The position numbers and the translations under genes are program-made. Positions 1-11,665 of a DNA stretch of 64,000 nt are shown here, piece by piece. Below the pieces are notes generated by a model that was not told the origin of the DNA, made no database searches, and worked only from the letters and a program-made list of their open reading frames with translations. This DNA is from Ptychodera flava (Eukaryota), in assembly GCF_041260155.1 (NCBI RefSeq), contig NW_027248355.1, forward strand, positions 2,388,078 through 2,452,077, given 5' to 3'. Each line of letters begins with the position of its first letter. Position 1 is the first letter of the stretch.

Positions 1-8
1 GCGTTGAG
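1..8 (+). CDS. Last 8 nt of exon 1 of GPCR paralog A. The window opens inside ...TACGCGTTGAG|gtaagc. It is identical to the exon 1 ends of B at 11665 and C at 24542.
   Basis: Sequence gcgttgag followed by gtaagctgcat is identical to the exon1/intron1 junctions of paralogs B and C. The downstream intron sequence is homologous to B and C intron 1. Confidence 0.6.
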
Positions 9-420
9 GTAAGCTGCATTTATCTTAGCCACCAACTGAATTCGTTTTCTAAATAAGTATTTCGTCTAAAATGACGAAGGATTGAAAAGAATCCTTCTTT
101 TCAGTTTTTAGTGTGCACGGTCAAGTTTTCTCTCTTCAACTCCGATATATATTTATTTGCCACAACTTTCTTCTTTTAAAGATTAAATATGCATTCAAAA
201 CATAGTACGTTATAATGTTGGCATGTGTAACCGTATTTTCTAGATAATCATTATTTGTTACCTTCTTTAGCGTATTTTCGTTTTCCACCTTTTATCGATA
301 GTATGAGTATGTCACCTTTTAAAGATTGTATTCTCGGCACGCTATCACTATTCTATTTAGATATAGATGATTTATAATAAGAATTATCAGTTAATCAATA
401 AATTTGTACATAATTACTCA

Positions 421-1370
421 ATATCGCCTGTTCCTGTGTCGTATCAACATTCGTGTCATTTGTGATCCGTCAGACACTCGACTTCGTCTCGTGTCTGACG
501 CATCACAAATGACACTCATGCTGATACGACACAGGAACAGGTGATATTGGGTAATAACAGATTTATCATATACCCATCCCAAAAATTTTACAAATACTGA
601 AGAAAAGCCTTTAAGTTTGAGGCTTTATTTTATTACGCCTTGTGCATAAATGTCGAAATATTTGTGTGAACAGGTTTCATTTATAAACTATAAGCTTACC
701 ACGACCTTGCCAAGAAGTCAACATCACGAGCGACATCACTGCCAGTCCTAAATATCTCAATGAACCCTACGAAGAAAGACACTGGGATTCAAAAATCGTT
801 GTACAGGGGCATCTTTTTAAGGGGCAATACGCTATTACAATTGTACCCTATCAAAAACTGTCCCCCGCTTTAAATCTATCCTGATTTCGATCGCGCTCTG
901 TCGTCGTACGACACAGAGAGGAGCCACCATATCGTTTGTTCACTCTGAGAGTTTTCACATCAACAGGTGTCGCTCGTGTGGCATCGCTGTCGAGCCACGT
1001 GCTCGCTACTTGTCCGGAGGTATACCGTGCCGTGCGAACGGCAGAATATTTGCTCGACCTTGTCTAAAAAATACTAGAACTTTAACAGAAAAACCATGAG
1101 AAAACATTCCATGACTCGACATATTATTTCCGAATTTAGAAACCCGAAATATCCATGTTCCTCAAAGCACTTCAATTTTTCACGTCGTCGACACTGATCT
1201 CCGCAGGCGTAGATCTGCAGCCATTTTGTTTGTTTACGTGATTTACCATCAAAGTGCAAATATAGTTCCTGAACACTCAAAAACCGATGACGTGTATCGT
1301 GCATATCTCGATGTTTACCGTGATATATCGTGGCTGATATTTTACGGTAATCGTCACTAGGATGAGGCGA
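421..1370. mobile_element. Insertion of about 0.95 kb in intron 1 of paralog A. It is absent from intron 1 of C. It has imperfect termini (atatcgcctgttcctgtgtcg ... cgtcactaggatgaggcgatat) and a 5' foldback. It is probably a non-autonomous DNA element.
   Basis: Aligning A intron 1 to C intron 1 (24900-25060) shows this block inserted between gtacataatt and gtactcgttcatgcac. Its ends are inverted-complementary at about 15 of 21 positions. Confidence 0.5.
428..540. repeat. Near-perfect palindrome with arms of about 53 bp and a 15-bp loop, at the 5' end of the intron-1 insertion.
   Basis: cgcctgttcctgtgtcgtatcaacattcgtgtcatttgtgatccgtcagacac ... reverse complement. The B copy at about 12850-12900 has only one arm. 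Confidence 0.8.
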
Positions 1371-1630
1371 TATGGGCATTGGTATATTATGTATTTATCA
1401 GTGTACTCGTTCATGCACTGTTTTATGATTGCTTGTTTCGATTATTTGACAGTTGTTCGAGACCCAAATTTATATCTTTTGTAGTTGACTGCAATCTTGC
1501 AAGAGGAAATAATGAGATGCTATACTCTATGATTAAAAGGTACTAACCAAAATGATGCATACTCATATGTTTGGCTTATAGCTATTACACTAGTCTTACC
1601 CCAGCGTCAATATTAATGTTCAATTTGCAG

Positions 1631-1839
1631 ATATGGGACCATGATGACCAATGTGCGTGCCTGTTCCTTGCTAGCTTTTTTGTGGTTATGGTCCTTGATT
1701 GTGAGCATCCTGCCGACGATTGGCTGGCGTAAACCGGAAGCCGCCATATTGATGACGCCATTGACTGGAAGCTGCAGGTTCGGCCTCTTCTTCGTGGAAA
1801 GTTATGCAATCGCCATAAGTGTTAACACTTCTGTTGCAG
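1631..1839 (+). CDS. GPCR paralog A exon 2. It encodes IL2 (RY.TMMTNVRA), TM4 (LLAFLWLWSLIVSILP), ECL2 with a Cys (GSCRFG) and most of TM5.
   Basis: Acceptor tttgcag|AT at 1629-1630 and donor CAG|gtaagt at 1840-1841. ORF 1641..1847 is in frame with phase-2 entry and phase-1 exit. It is 209 nt, as in B and C. Confidence 0.85.
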
Positions 1840-2559
1840 GTAAGTGATTCTGTTTGTTCGTCTGTTCGGTGTTTTAGAAATCGCATATGGATATGGTAAA
1901 TGATGTTAAGTCGTCAGGTGAGCATGTGCAAAATGTGAGTCTAACACCAACTTTTGTAGATGACACCGTTGAGTGGCAATAGTTAGCTTAGCAGAAAATT
2001 CATACTTGATAAAATGTGCTATTATATGTTTCCTTTTACGTCGGAAAGCAAATGAGATATGAGACATTCAATCCAGCCAGCAACTAATATGACAGACATT
2101 CGGTGACGTAGTTGATCACGTTAGGACTACAGATTTACATGCATTAGCATATGCCATGACACTGCTTTTTCATACAAATACTTTGACATGAATCAAAGTT
2201 TTGGGTTATCCAAAAAAAAATTTATCAAAAGTGAGCGGAAAATTCAATTTAATCTTGTTAAATCTGCTGTCATGCACGAGTCAAAACCAAAGCAATACAA
2301 AACAAAAACCAACCAAACAAACAAACAAAAAAAAAAAACTAAGAAATGCGGACTTACGCTGTTGAAGTGCCACTAACGCTGTTGAAGTGCCACGTCCTGT
2401 AACGCCTTATCTGTAGCAACAAGTGTAATATCGGAAAATGTACGGCTGTTTGAAAGCAATATGTACGATTAGATAGACGACCACGGCAATGAGCAATCGC
2501 AAATAAAAGTGCTGGGGCTCCATATAACGTAAGCACCTTCATCTGTTTCCATTTTCCAG

Positions 2560-2960
2560 TTGCTACCATGTTCATACTCTACGGTTGTATATTCAAGTAT
2601 GCGCGGGAACAAACTCGTAAAATTCTTGCAACCGCTGTGACCCAAGAAACGTCCAAGAACTCGTTTAAAGAATCCAAGCTAAAGCAAAACATACGGACTT
2701 GTGTTGTCCTGTTTGTAATAATGGGTTGCTATCTGCTGTGTATGATTCCGTCCAATGTGATCCTAGCCATAGAATTCGTCGGAGACGGTGACACGGCTAA
2801 CAACGTGCCTTACTTCGCGGGTACGGTGATGGCGTTCTTCAACTCTGCTTTGAACCCATTAATATATGGAAGTTGCAACCGACCATTAAGATTGGCGATC
2901 AAGTCCCGACTTCTTCGTATTCGCTGCAAGAAGAAACCAACGCTCAATCTCACTACATAA
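2560..2960 (+). CDS. GPCR paralog A exon 3 including the TAA stop. It encodes the end of TM5, IL3, TM6 (FVIMGCYLLCMIP), TM7 (NSALNPLIYG) and helix 8 with CKKK.
   Basis: Acceptor ttttccag|TT at 2558-2559 with phase 1. ORF 2568..2960. The NPxxY motif is present and the frame is intact. Confidence 0.85.
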
Positions 2961-3002
2961 TCATCGGATGTTTTCAGGAATGGACGAAACGTATTAATTA
3001 CA

Positions 3003-3227
3003 TGTTAACATGATTGGAACTAATTTGGGATAATCGGATCTTCATATTTTTCAAATTTATAAAAAAAATGCTAGGTGCCATATAGCTGAATGTTGTTATA
3101 TTACAAATTACTCATAAAAATAAGTGTACAACTTGAAAAGAAAAGCACATAAGGTTACATTTGTGGATTAAACAGACATAACTTCACCATCCAATTATCC
3201 CAAATTAGTTCCAATCGTGTTGTTTAT
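3003..3227. mobile_element. MITE of about 225 bp with TIRs of about 27 bp (ttggaactaatttgggataatcggat / atccaattatcccaaattagttccaa). It is inserted in the 3' UTR or flank of paralog A and is absent at the homologous site of C (26560-26600).
   Basis: Inverted terminal repeats read directly. A second copy of the right TIR occurs at 44886-44915. Confidence 0.6.
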
Positions 3228-5764
3228 ATTAATGAAAAAGAAACAAAAAGGTAGAATTCGTCTAAGAGGCAGACATTTTAACTCTCAAACATTTATACTA
3301 TTTTTGTCTGCCTCATGTTGGCGCTCATTCAAACGCACGCTGCATAAATAAAGTTTTAGCCAGCCTACTTTTTTAGAAATAAAAATTTGATTTTCCCCAT
3401 AGATTTAAGCGCAGGGATTTGTAGCCATTTTGAATTGCAAATGTCAGTACAATTTGGACAATTTAATTTAGAGGGATACAACATCAATGACATTTACTGA
3501 GATATAGCTGTTTTGTATTTCATTTTGTCGTAATGTAAGATCATTTTAATATGTCATAAAACAGTTGTGAAACTAAAAATACTGCTGTTAATCGGCAGAG
3601 TTTTTAAGTTTGCTGTAATGTTATGTTTTAATATTTGGTAATTAGACTTTGTTCAACTCGGTGAATATTTAAAAACTAAAATCATATGCTGTAGTTTTTC
3701 TTGCGTCTCTCCTATTTCATATAAACCTACTTGGAATCTGGCAGCCAAGGACACGTTTTCCTAGCAATTGAACGCGTTACCTTTTAGTGTACGCAGTTGT
3801 TAATCTGTTTCTGCCGGTGATTCCGGGAGAAACTCCCCTGTATAGCGTTGACCCTATTCATCGCGTTCACCCCACTCTCTCGTTTCACATTAAAACAGAA
3901 CACAAATCATCGCGTTTACCATACTCAAACATTCACAAATAACAGACTTGAACGAAATCTATATCGTTACATGTGAGGAAACATACCGGGATGAAACACT
4001 TATGTAGCAATACTAAAATTTCTATAACAACGTCGCTTCCAAACGAAAAATATTGACGTGGGTGTCCAAAAACATGCGTAGTAATAACCTCGTCATCCAA
4101 TGCAGGTGCGCACGTGGCTTGAGCAGATCGTAGCTTATTACTTCCGACCTTTGAAAAATATTGCAATTAAAATCGCTCATGCTACGTAAATCTGTGACGA
4201 AAATAACTTTTCTTTTCAAAACAACGAGGTAGCAATTTCCGTTCTTCCCACATGCCTAGTGGCTACGTAGGGAGGCTAATATTGCAAACCTTACCATGAA
4301 ACTGAAAGATGTGATGTAACCTCGATTGGCTATGTTACACGCTTTGCCAAGCATGCCTAGCTAGCTTAAGAGAGTGTTCAGTGGGGAAGGGGAAGCCCGA
4401 CAAAGTCAATTGCGAATATAATATCAAAAATAGAAATCTGCAAAGAGGACTATGCCTTTTTCAAACAGCACAAAAGGGTGAAATGATTTCAAAAATATAT
4501 CCTGTCACGAATCTTTGTTTCAGTGTACAAAATATTCTGGAAAAAAGGGTCATTCTCCTTGAGCTTTCATTCTCTGAATACAGCACACAACTATCCGAAT
4601 ACATGTATTTAGGCCTATATCTAACTAACTTTTTGTCAACAGTATAATCAAAGTCTACGGGCATACCAGAGATTTAAAGAGCAGAGTTTGAATAGCAGGT
4701 TCTTAGCGTGCCGTGGCTGACGTTAGCCAAAACATAAGGTCTGGGAGATATGGCTTTGCTTATACCATTATATGGGGCCAATTAGCCAAAAATTATGACA
4801 GAAATTATTTTCAATCTTATATGGAATTGTATCAAAGTAACATCTTCTTGGGTAAAAGAAGTTGCTCATCACCTGCAAGTGGGAGCTGCCCGGGTAAAAT
4901 TTAGGGCATTTACAGGGGATAAAATGTTTTAACATATTGCACTTAATGTATTTGAAGTTTCAATGTCAAGAGCTTTCATAAAAATGTTGGAAGTGTTAAC
5001 GTATGACACACAGCTGAGCCAGAACCTCATTGATTGTGGCACCAACTGCAGAAGACATATGAGATTTGATACAAATTATCGACATATGATAGTGGACACA
5101 AATTATCTTTAATCCATTGGGAATCGATATCATGTAAAATCTATTCAGAATGATACATTTATTACACTGAATTTATCTGAAAATTCAATTAATAACCTTT
5201 TAATGTATTTTCGGGAGATACTTACCTTTGAGATATGGCTTAACCTGTAGGTTATATATTGACGCTTCATATAACACAAGAATGTAATTATCGAAATAGA
5301 TGATTTTCCTTCATTTAGGATCAGTATCAAAGTAAGAACTTATGAGGATATTAGATTTACTGCAATAACTATATTTGAAGTTTCTACATCGGCAGCTTTG
5401 TAATAAAAATTTTGGAAGTGTTTACTTATGCGAAATGGCTAAGCCTACACCTTATACATTTGGGGCCACACTTGTGACACAAAACACATTATACTTGACA
5501 CAAGTTATTTTAACTTCATGATGGATCAATAAATGTAAGATCTAATTACAATAACTCATTTATACGGTTGCGTCACTGAAGTACGATAAGAAGGAAGTCA
5601 TTGCAATCCCATGATGCTTGTGATTGCATCATCCCTCGCCATTGCCCAACTTCAATAGTTTTTACCTTCATCAAGATTTGAAAGCAATAAAGGTATTCTA
5701 AAGTTACTGAGAAAACTGAAAAAAAACTGATAATACTAGTAGATCGTTTAGGCTTTGGGATAAT

Positions 5765-6615
5765 TAGATATTATTCCCTAATATTTTTCTTCGTTCAGCT
5801 CGGAAAATACTCGTGACGTAATGACCATGTCACCACGAGTCGAAGACGAGTGGTGACATGGTCATTACGTCACGAGTATTTTCCGAGCTGAACGAAGAAG
5901 AATATTAGGGAATAATATACTTATCACATGCACAAGCCAAGAATTCGTTATTTTTTGCAAAATAAAATAAGTTTTCTATGACGATTCCGCGTTTAAACTT
6001 TTGAACTACTTTAGGAATAATAACAGTAAGCCGTGCACAAGTTGTCAATCATTTCCAGTCGTCCGTCGTGTGAGTTAGCGCTCACGTTCGTTAGTGTGTG
6101 GAGCAAATGACAGCTCTCGATCTACACGTAGGCTACCTTCCGCAAAGTCATACTCTATTTCAAAGATAGCATAGTCCTAGAAATTTATCACAGACGAAGA
6201 TACGCTATTTTTTGGGAACAAATATTGACTGAATCTCGACGGCGCGAATACTGCCTGACCCTGTTTGCAATGCGTACGGAACCCACGGTATACGCGACCA
6301 CCTTCGAGTTCGTTGTTTCCGCAAATTATTCACGTAATACCTTCGGAATATCCAGGCGGTACACTCTTGTGTTTACATTGTTCGGATTATTAATGTCGTA
6401 GTCTGTGAAAATATCGATTTCATTACATGACTTTTGATCGTTGGAGAAACATCGGCCGCCACGTTGTTTGTTTACATATTTACGAGCACACCGAAGATCG
6501 ACAAAAAAAAGGTCCGACGCACCAAAATTGATGACATAGACGCGGGTTGTCGTGACGTAGAACGACCAGAGAATAAATCCCGTATTTTTTGTTCGGAGAC
6601 GACAAACTTGGCTTG
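5765..6615. mobile_element. A-unit-specific insertion of about 850 bp. It is absent from the B unit between 17200 and 17230. Its 5' end is a 148-bp hairpin.
   Basis: B sequence goes directly from the homolog of A about 5760 to the homolog of A about 6620 (…gcgtattacatatgcgctttgac…). Confidence 0.5.
5770..5917. repeat. Near-perfect 148-bp palindrome. Arms are 67 bp with 1 mismatch and the loop is the 14 bp gagtcgaagacgag.
   Basis: attattccctaatatttttcttcgttcagctcggaaaatactcgtgacgtaatgaccatgtcaccac | loop | reverse complement. Confidence 0.85.
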
Positions 6616-6820
6616 TGCATGTGATAAAGCATATTACATGATCGCTTTGACCTTCAGCACCTTTGACGAAGACGATAAAGAACATCTTAAAATTGTCTTT
6701 TTCGAAAAGTAAACTACTATGAACCGTAAACAGTCACTTTGTTGAGATACAGATAACATGGCTGCACGAACTTATTGACTTATTAAAACTTGTACAAATT
6801 TATTCAAACCTTTTATATTT

Positions 6821-7264
6821 CTAGAGTAGTTGTGAAAAGTGGCCATGGGATAATAATAAATATTCAATGTTAGTCAAAAGCTGCAAAACATGCAAATTAA
6901 ATACTTTCGTTATTTTTGATTGGGAGACTCGACAAATGAATGGTCGTTGGTTGTACTGTTTAGAAGAGTTGATTTCCTTTTTTATGAAAAGAAATCGGCA
7001 TATCTGAAAAAGTACTGGGTCATATTCTTTCATACCGTGCCTTACAAGGTGAATAAATACAAGCTTGTCCCCGAGAGAGGGTGAAATTATACCGGTACTA
7101 CAGGATGCCATGGGCAAAGCTTTCTTCAGTTTCGCCAAGTAAACCATCTCACATTTATCGAAATAAGAGAAATCATTGTCCATTCTGTAAAGAGATAAAC
7201 AGCTGTACTTTGTGACGTCAAACCCTAGTGATTTCCCCGCGTAGCATGCTATAAGGTTATTCAA
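6821..7264 (-). other. Minus-strand ORF of 147 aa that recurs downstream of all three GPCR paralogs. B homolog is at about 18130-18350 and C is ORF 28176..28391. Function unknown.
   Basis: MDNDFSYFDKCEMVYLAKLK... in A versus MDDDFSYFDYSEMVSLAKLK... in C. It is part of the duplicated unit. Could be TE-derived. Confidence 0.25.
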
Positions 7265-8214
7265 AAAATACCGGGGTTTACGTGCGAGTTAATCATACAA
7301 CGGAGGAAAGCTTATTGTCCTGGACGCTATGTTTCTCGGTCAGTACCCACACGTACGATGTACGAGGGCATAAATCGCTGTATTTTGTGAATAACCTTAT
7401 TATTATATAATATCTGTTAGTCCGATTTTACCTGAAAAGAAGGCTTTTAGGATGCTTCTCATGCACTGCACTGACCGATCGTGAGCAGAAGGGAAACGCG
7501 TTCAGCGCGACCGCTAAGGACACAGCGCACGTGGAGTTCAGCGGCATAATTTCACTCAAATGCACATGTTTTTGACTGGCCAATAATCACTGCATGAATT
7601 ACTGAATGTTTAGATGTATATTTTTGTGAAAAATATAAAATATTATCTTGTTTTCCTGCGTTGGTGTGAAGGTGATGTGTGATGAAACCAATAACACGTA
7701 AAGTTATTGTACCCTGCGTCAAAATTATTGGAATCCGCGTCCTCTGGTACCAGGACCTACTGTACGACAAAACTTCACAGGTTACAGACACAGGTGTAAT
7801 TAAGCAATAAAGCACACCTAGCGACGGTATACCACGAGATTTTGACCTGTTCACAACATATGTGCACGAGCGATATATAGCGAGTGCAAATGAAGTGAAC
7901 TGGTCAAAATCTGGTGGTGTACATGTACCGTCGCTGGGTGTGACTTTTTGCTATCATATCAGAACAGTATCTTGAAATTCTGGCTTGGAACGTCAAAAAT
8001 GGAGTTTTCCTCAAGCTGAGAACCCGGGCGTATGCCAGCCGCGGTGTATCGGCAATATACCATGGTTCTTCTCGCGTCTCGACCAATCAGATCGCTGTAT
8101 TTGCGCAATCAATCTACTGGTATGATATAATAAAGGTATTATCGCATCATCGTCAAAAGTAATGAAACACAGGTTCTCTCACAAATGAGAACCTCCATCA
8201 TTCAACGGTAACCT

Positions 8215-8945
8215 GTGCTGACCTATTATCTGTTCGATGAATTCGCTTGTCTTCAACGCCGTATTGTAGTGACCTTTGGTTTTTTTCAAAGATGCCCACA
8301 TCACTGGATATTGTTGAAAAGCGTTTACATCTCAGATATTGCGAAGTTTAGACCCCTGTGGGAAGCGTTTGTCAATTTGAAGAAATTTCTTGCGATACTA
8401 GTTTCCGAAGAGATTAAATTTGTCAAGACCAACCAATCAGCGAGGAGAAACAATAACAGGAAACATTACATCACGTGGGTCAACCCCCTGTCAGCAAGAG
8501 CTTTGGCTCTGTTATCATAAGAAGTATCTTCAACGTATTGGCAAACACTTTCCAAAGGGGTCTAAACTTCACCAGATCTTCAATAAGAACACAATTAAAG
8601 TTAGTTACAGCTGTATGAAGAATATGGCTAGTATAGTCAAGTGGCATAATACGAGAATAATTGCCGGAGACCAGCGTAAAGATCAACCACCTGATCGTAA
8701 ATGCAGGGACAAGTCTTCATGCCCCTTGAAGGGTAACTATTAAGTCAAAGACATGGTTCACAAGTACAAGGTATCAACGGGGACATTACGGAGAAGGTTT
8801 ACAACGGCCTCACCGATAAAACCATCAAGACGCGCTTTCTAACCATATGCAATCGTACTGTAATGGCAAATACAGGAATACTACAGAGTTGTCAAAGTTT
8901 ATTTGGCACTTAAAAGACAAGGACTATGTCTTTGACGTCTGGTAG
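8215..8945 (+). mobile_element. Degraded transposable-element fragment carrying a GIY-YIG endonuclease-like module preceded by a Cys-rich segment, arranged as in Penelope-like retroelements. The A-unit copy has a decayed frame.
   Basis: Homologous to B 19040-19740, where the GIY-YIG ORF is intact. ORFs 8215..8520 and 8420..8743. Confidence 0.4.
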
Positions 8946-9234
8946 TCGATAATTGACAAAGCATCGAGGTACTCAAACATAAGCAAGCGATGCAATCTTT
9001 AAAGCTGCACATTATCAATGTTGACAGATTCGCTCTTAAACAAACGTTCTGAGTTGGTTTCAAAATGTCTTTAGCAAAACAAATATTATTTATCAAATTT
9101 ACTACCATCTAGAATAGGATGGTACGTCCCTAACATATAAATGAAAGTGTTGAACCGGAAATCCTCTCATTCCTGTCTGAAGATTGCACGTTCCATGAAG
9201 TTATGTAACAGATATTACTTCTTTGTACTTCAAG

Positions 9235-9426
<192 letters not shown>

Positions 9427-9574
9427 AAAACATCGCGAATGCACATAACATGAGAAAGACTGACGGAAAGGCAGATAGACAGACAGGTTTTTAATCAATG
9501 CCTCAAGACTCTACAAGAGGTGTATATTCGTAAGAATGTTCGATAAACTATAAGTAGTGCTCAAGTCCCGATTT

Positions 9575-9675
<101 letters not shown>

Positions 9676-11114
9676 TTATAGTACTATACATTGAACGTAA
9701 AACCATCAATATATCAACGATATGTGGAGTTTTGGTAAGTATTTATTGACTCATTACTAACTGTGACTCTTACTTATTCCTGCTCTCCAGGTTTAAGTCG
9801 AAGGCTTACATACAGGATAATACCTTTTTAGGTATCCATCGTCATATAGACATGCAATCGTAACACTAGCTGTCCTAACAATCATGTACCGATTAGGCAA
9901 TACACAGCTCGATTTATAGAAAATACCAACATCAATATCAGCAGATCAAAAGTCAACAACGCTAATCTTAAACAAAAGATTCTGAAATCACAAAAAATAC
10001 ACTGATCACAATACACAGGTCACAGCCAATTTCAGTGCAAAGTTAGCAGCCAATAAAATGCGACCAGAAAGAAACCTAACCAATCAACATGAAGGTGGAA
10101 ACAAGATTCAACACCAAGGGTACGCTCAATACAAACAAGGTAACAAAAACGTAACGGTTAGTATTTTATGTTAAGAGACACCAACGGTAACTCCACTGTC
10201 TCCAAAAACGAATAAAACATAAGACTACGCAGAGACGAACAGAAAATCCTGCACTGGTGATGGAAGACGTCTTGAACATAGGTGAGTGCACAGTCGCCTG
10301 TGGTCTGTTCCGCTCTGCCATGGACGTGTGCACATGTGCCTGAGAAGATGACGTACTATCTGCACACGTCTATGGGGCGCATAGATGCGGAGCGGAATAG
10401 ACCACATGGGACTGTGGCGAGTGAAAAACAGCAAGACAAGATCCTAGCTCGTACCATGAATCGACAAGAAACTACACAACATTCCAGCTACAGTAAACGT
10501 TGTGAACAACGCACATAAATGGACACAGCATGGGTCAAACAAGGACCACAATACCAAACGGCCTTTGTAAAGGCCAACATATACTCAAAGGGATAGTTAA
10601 CGTATCAACACTGTGCCATGTCTCAGAACTAAAATGTACACTAAAATTACACATAAAATTACAAAATAAATACGAGAAGTAACATCATAAGCGGGCATAG
10701 TAACAGAGAACAAAATATGCATATCACAAATATGTCGCATTACACGAGCACAAAAAACCAAACTGAACATCAATACGAATTTTCCCTTCCAAAATACAGG
10801 ATAGGATACATCTCATGTCGAAGGCATGTCATGAAGAACGCTATTAGGAAACGGTGATAAACCAATCAATCAATTAGATATAGAAAGTGGAATGGCATAC
10901 ACTCATAATTACATAATAAGGAAGTGTCAAAAGTTATTCTATACTACTATACATTAAACGCAAACTACCAACATATGAACGATGTGTTGAGTTGCTTTCA
11001 CATTACTAACTATTACTTGAATCATTTTGCCATTGTTCTTTACCCTAGAGATACTCAGAAATATAACACAATCGACAAACAGAAAACAAGAGACACTCCA
11101 AGTCCTAGCAGCAC

Positions 11115-11288
11115 GAGGTGGAAAAACGTGACAGTGCCTTTACAATTTCATAATTAGAATAGGCGGGTTTGCGCAGTTATGAAAACTTGGGGTTATGAGC
11201 ATCACCTCAACTTGAGACACTTTCATAAGTACAGGATCAGTGTACAATAGTGACATTTACCACGCTGGTTGTCTCAAAGCTACGAAAG
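11115..11288 (+). promoter_or_regulatory. Conserved upstream block of about 170 bp, the putative core promoter and 5' UTR of paralog B. It contains CATAAGTA, TATA-like, about 60 bp upstream of the ATG.
   Basis: Homology between the B and C units resumes exactly here (tgacagtgcctttacaatttcata...gtacaatagtgacat) after non-homologous spacer. No transcript evidence. Confidence 0.35.
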
Positions 11289-11665
11289 ATGGACAGTAAC
11301 GGAAGCACCAAAAACTCGTCAGGTGATGAGGTTTCCACGCACACTATGTCGGCACCGATTCTGACGATGTACCTGACTGTTGCAGCGCTCTGTGTCACCT
11401 TGAACGCTGGCATGATTGCAGTTGTCTATATGGACAGAAAACTGCACACCATCGCCAATATACTCATCTGCAGCATGGCGGTGACTGACCTCCTCGTCGG
11501 TGTTGCCAACATTCCTCTTTACATCGCCTCGAAATTCAGCGTGTTCAGACATCTCTACCAGTGCATATTAGCTCTCAGTTTCACAATATTTCTCGGCATG
11601 GCATCGTCTTGCCATTTATTGCTTATAGCTGTTGACAGATACATTTCTGTTGTATACGCGTTGAG
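11289..11665 (+). CDS. GPCR paralog B exon 1. ATG, MDSNGST N-glycosylation sites, TM1 (LNAGMIAVV), TM2 (SMAVTDLLVG), TM3 ending DRYISVVYAL|R.
   Basis: ATG at 11289 aligns with the start of C (MDSNGST). Donor GAG|gtaagc at 11666-11667, phase 2. ORF 11250..11669. Confidence 0.85.

Noticed and set aside
1585-1886. Antisense ORFs 1585..1809(-) and 1686..1886(-) overlapping GPCR exon 2
   Set aside because: They are antisense shadows of a real exon with no independent support.
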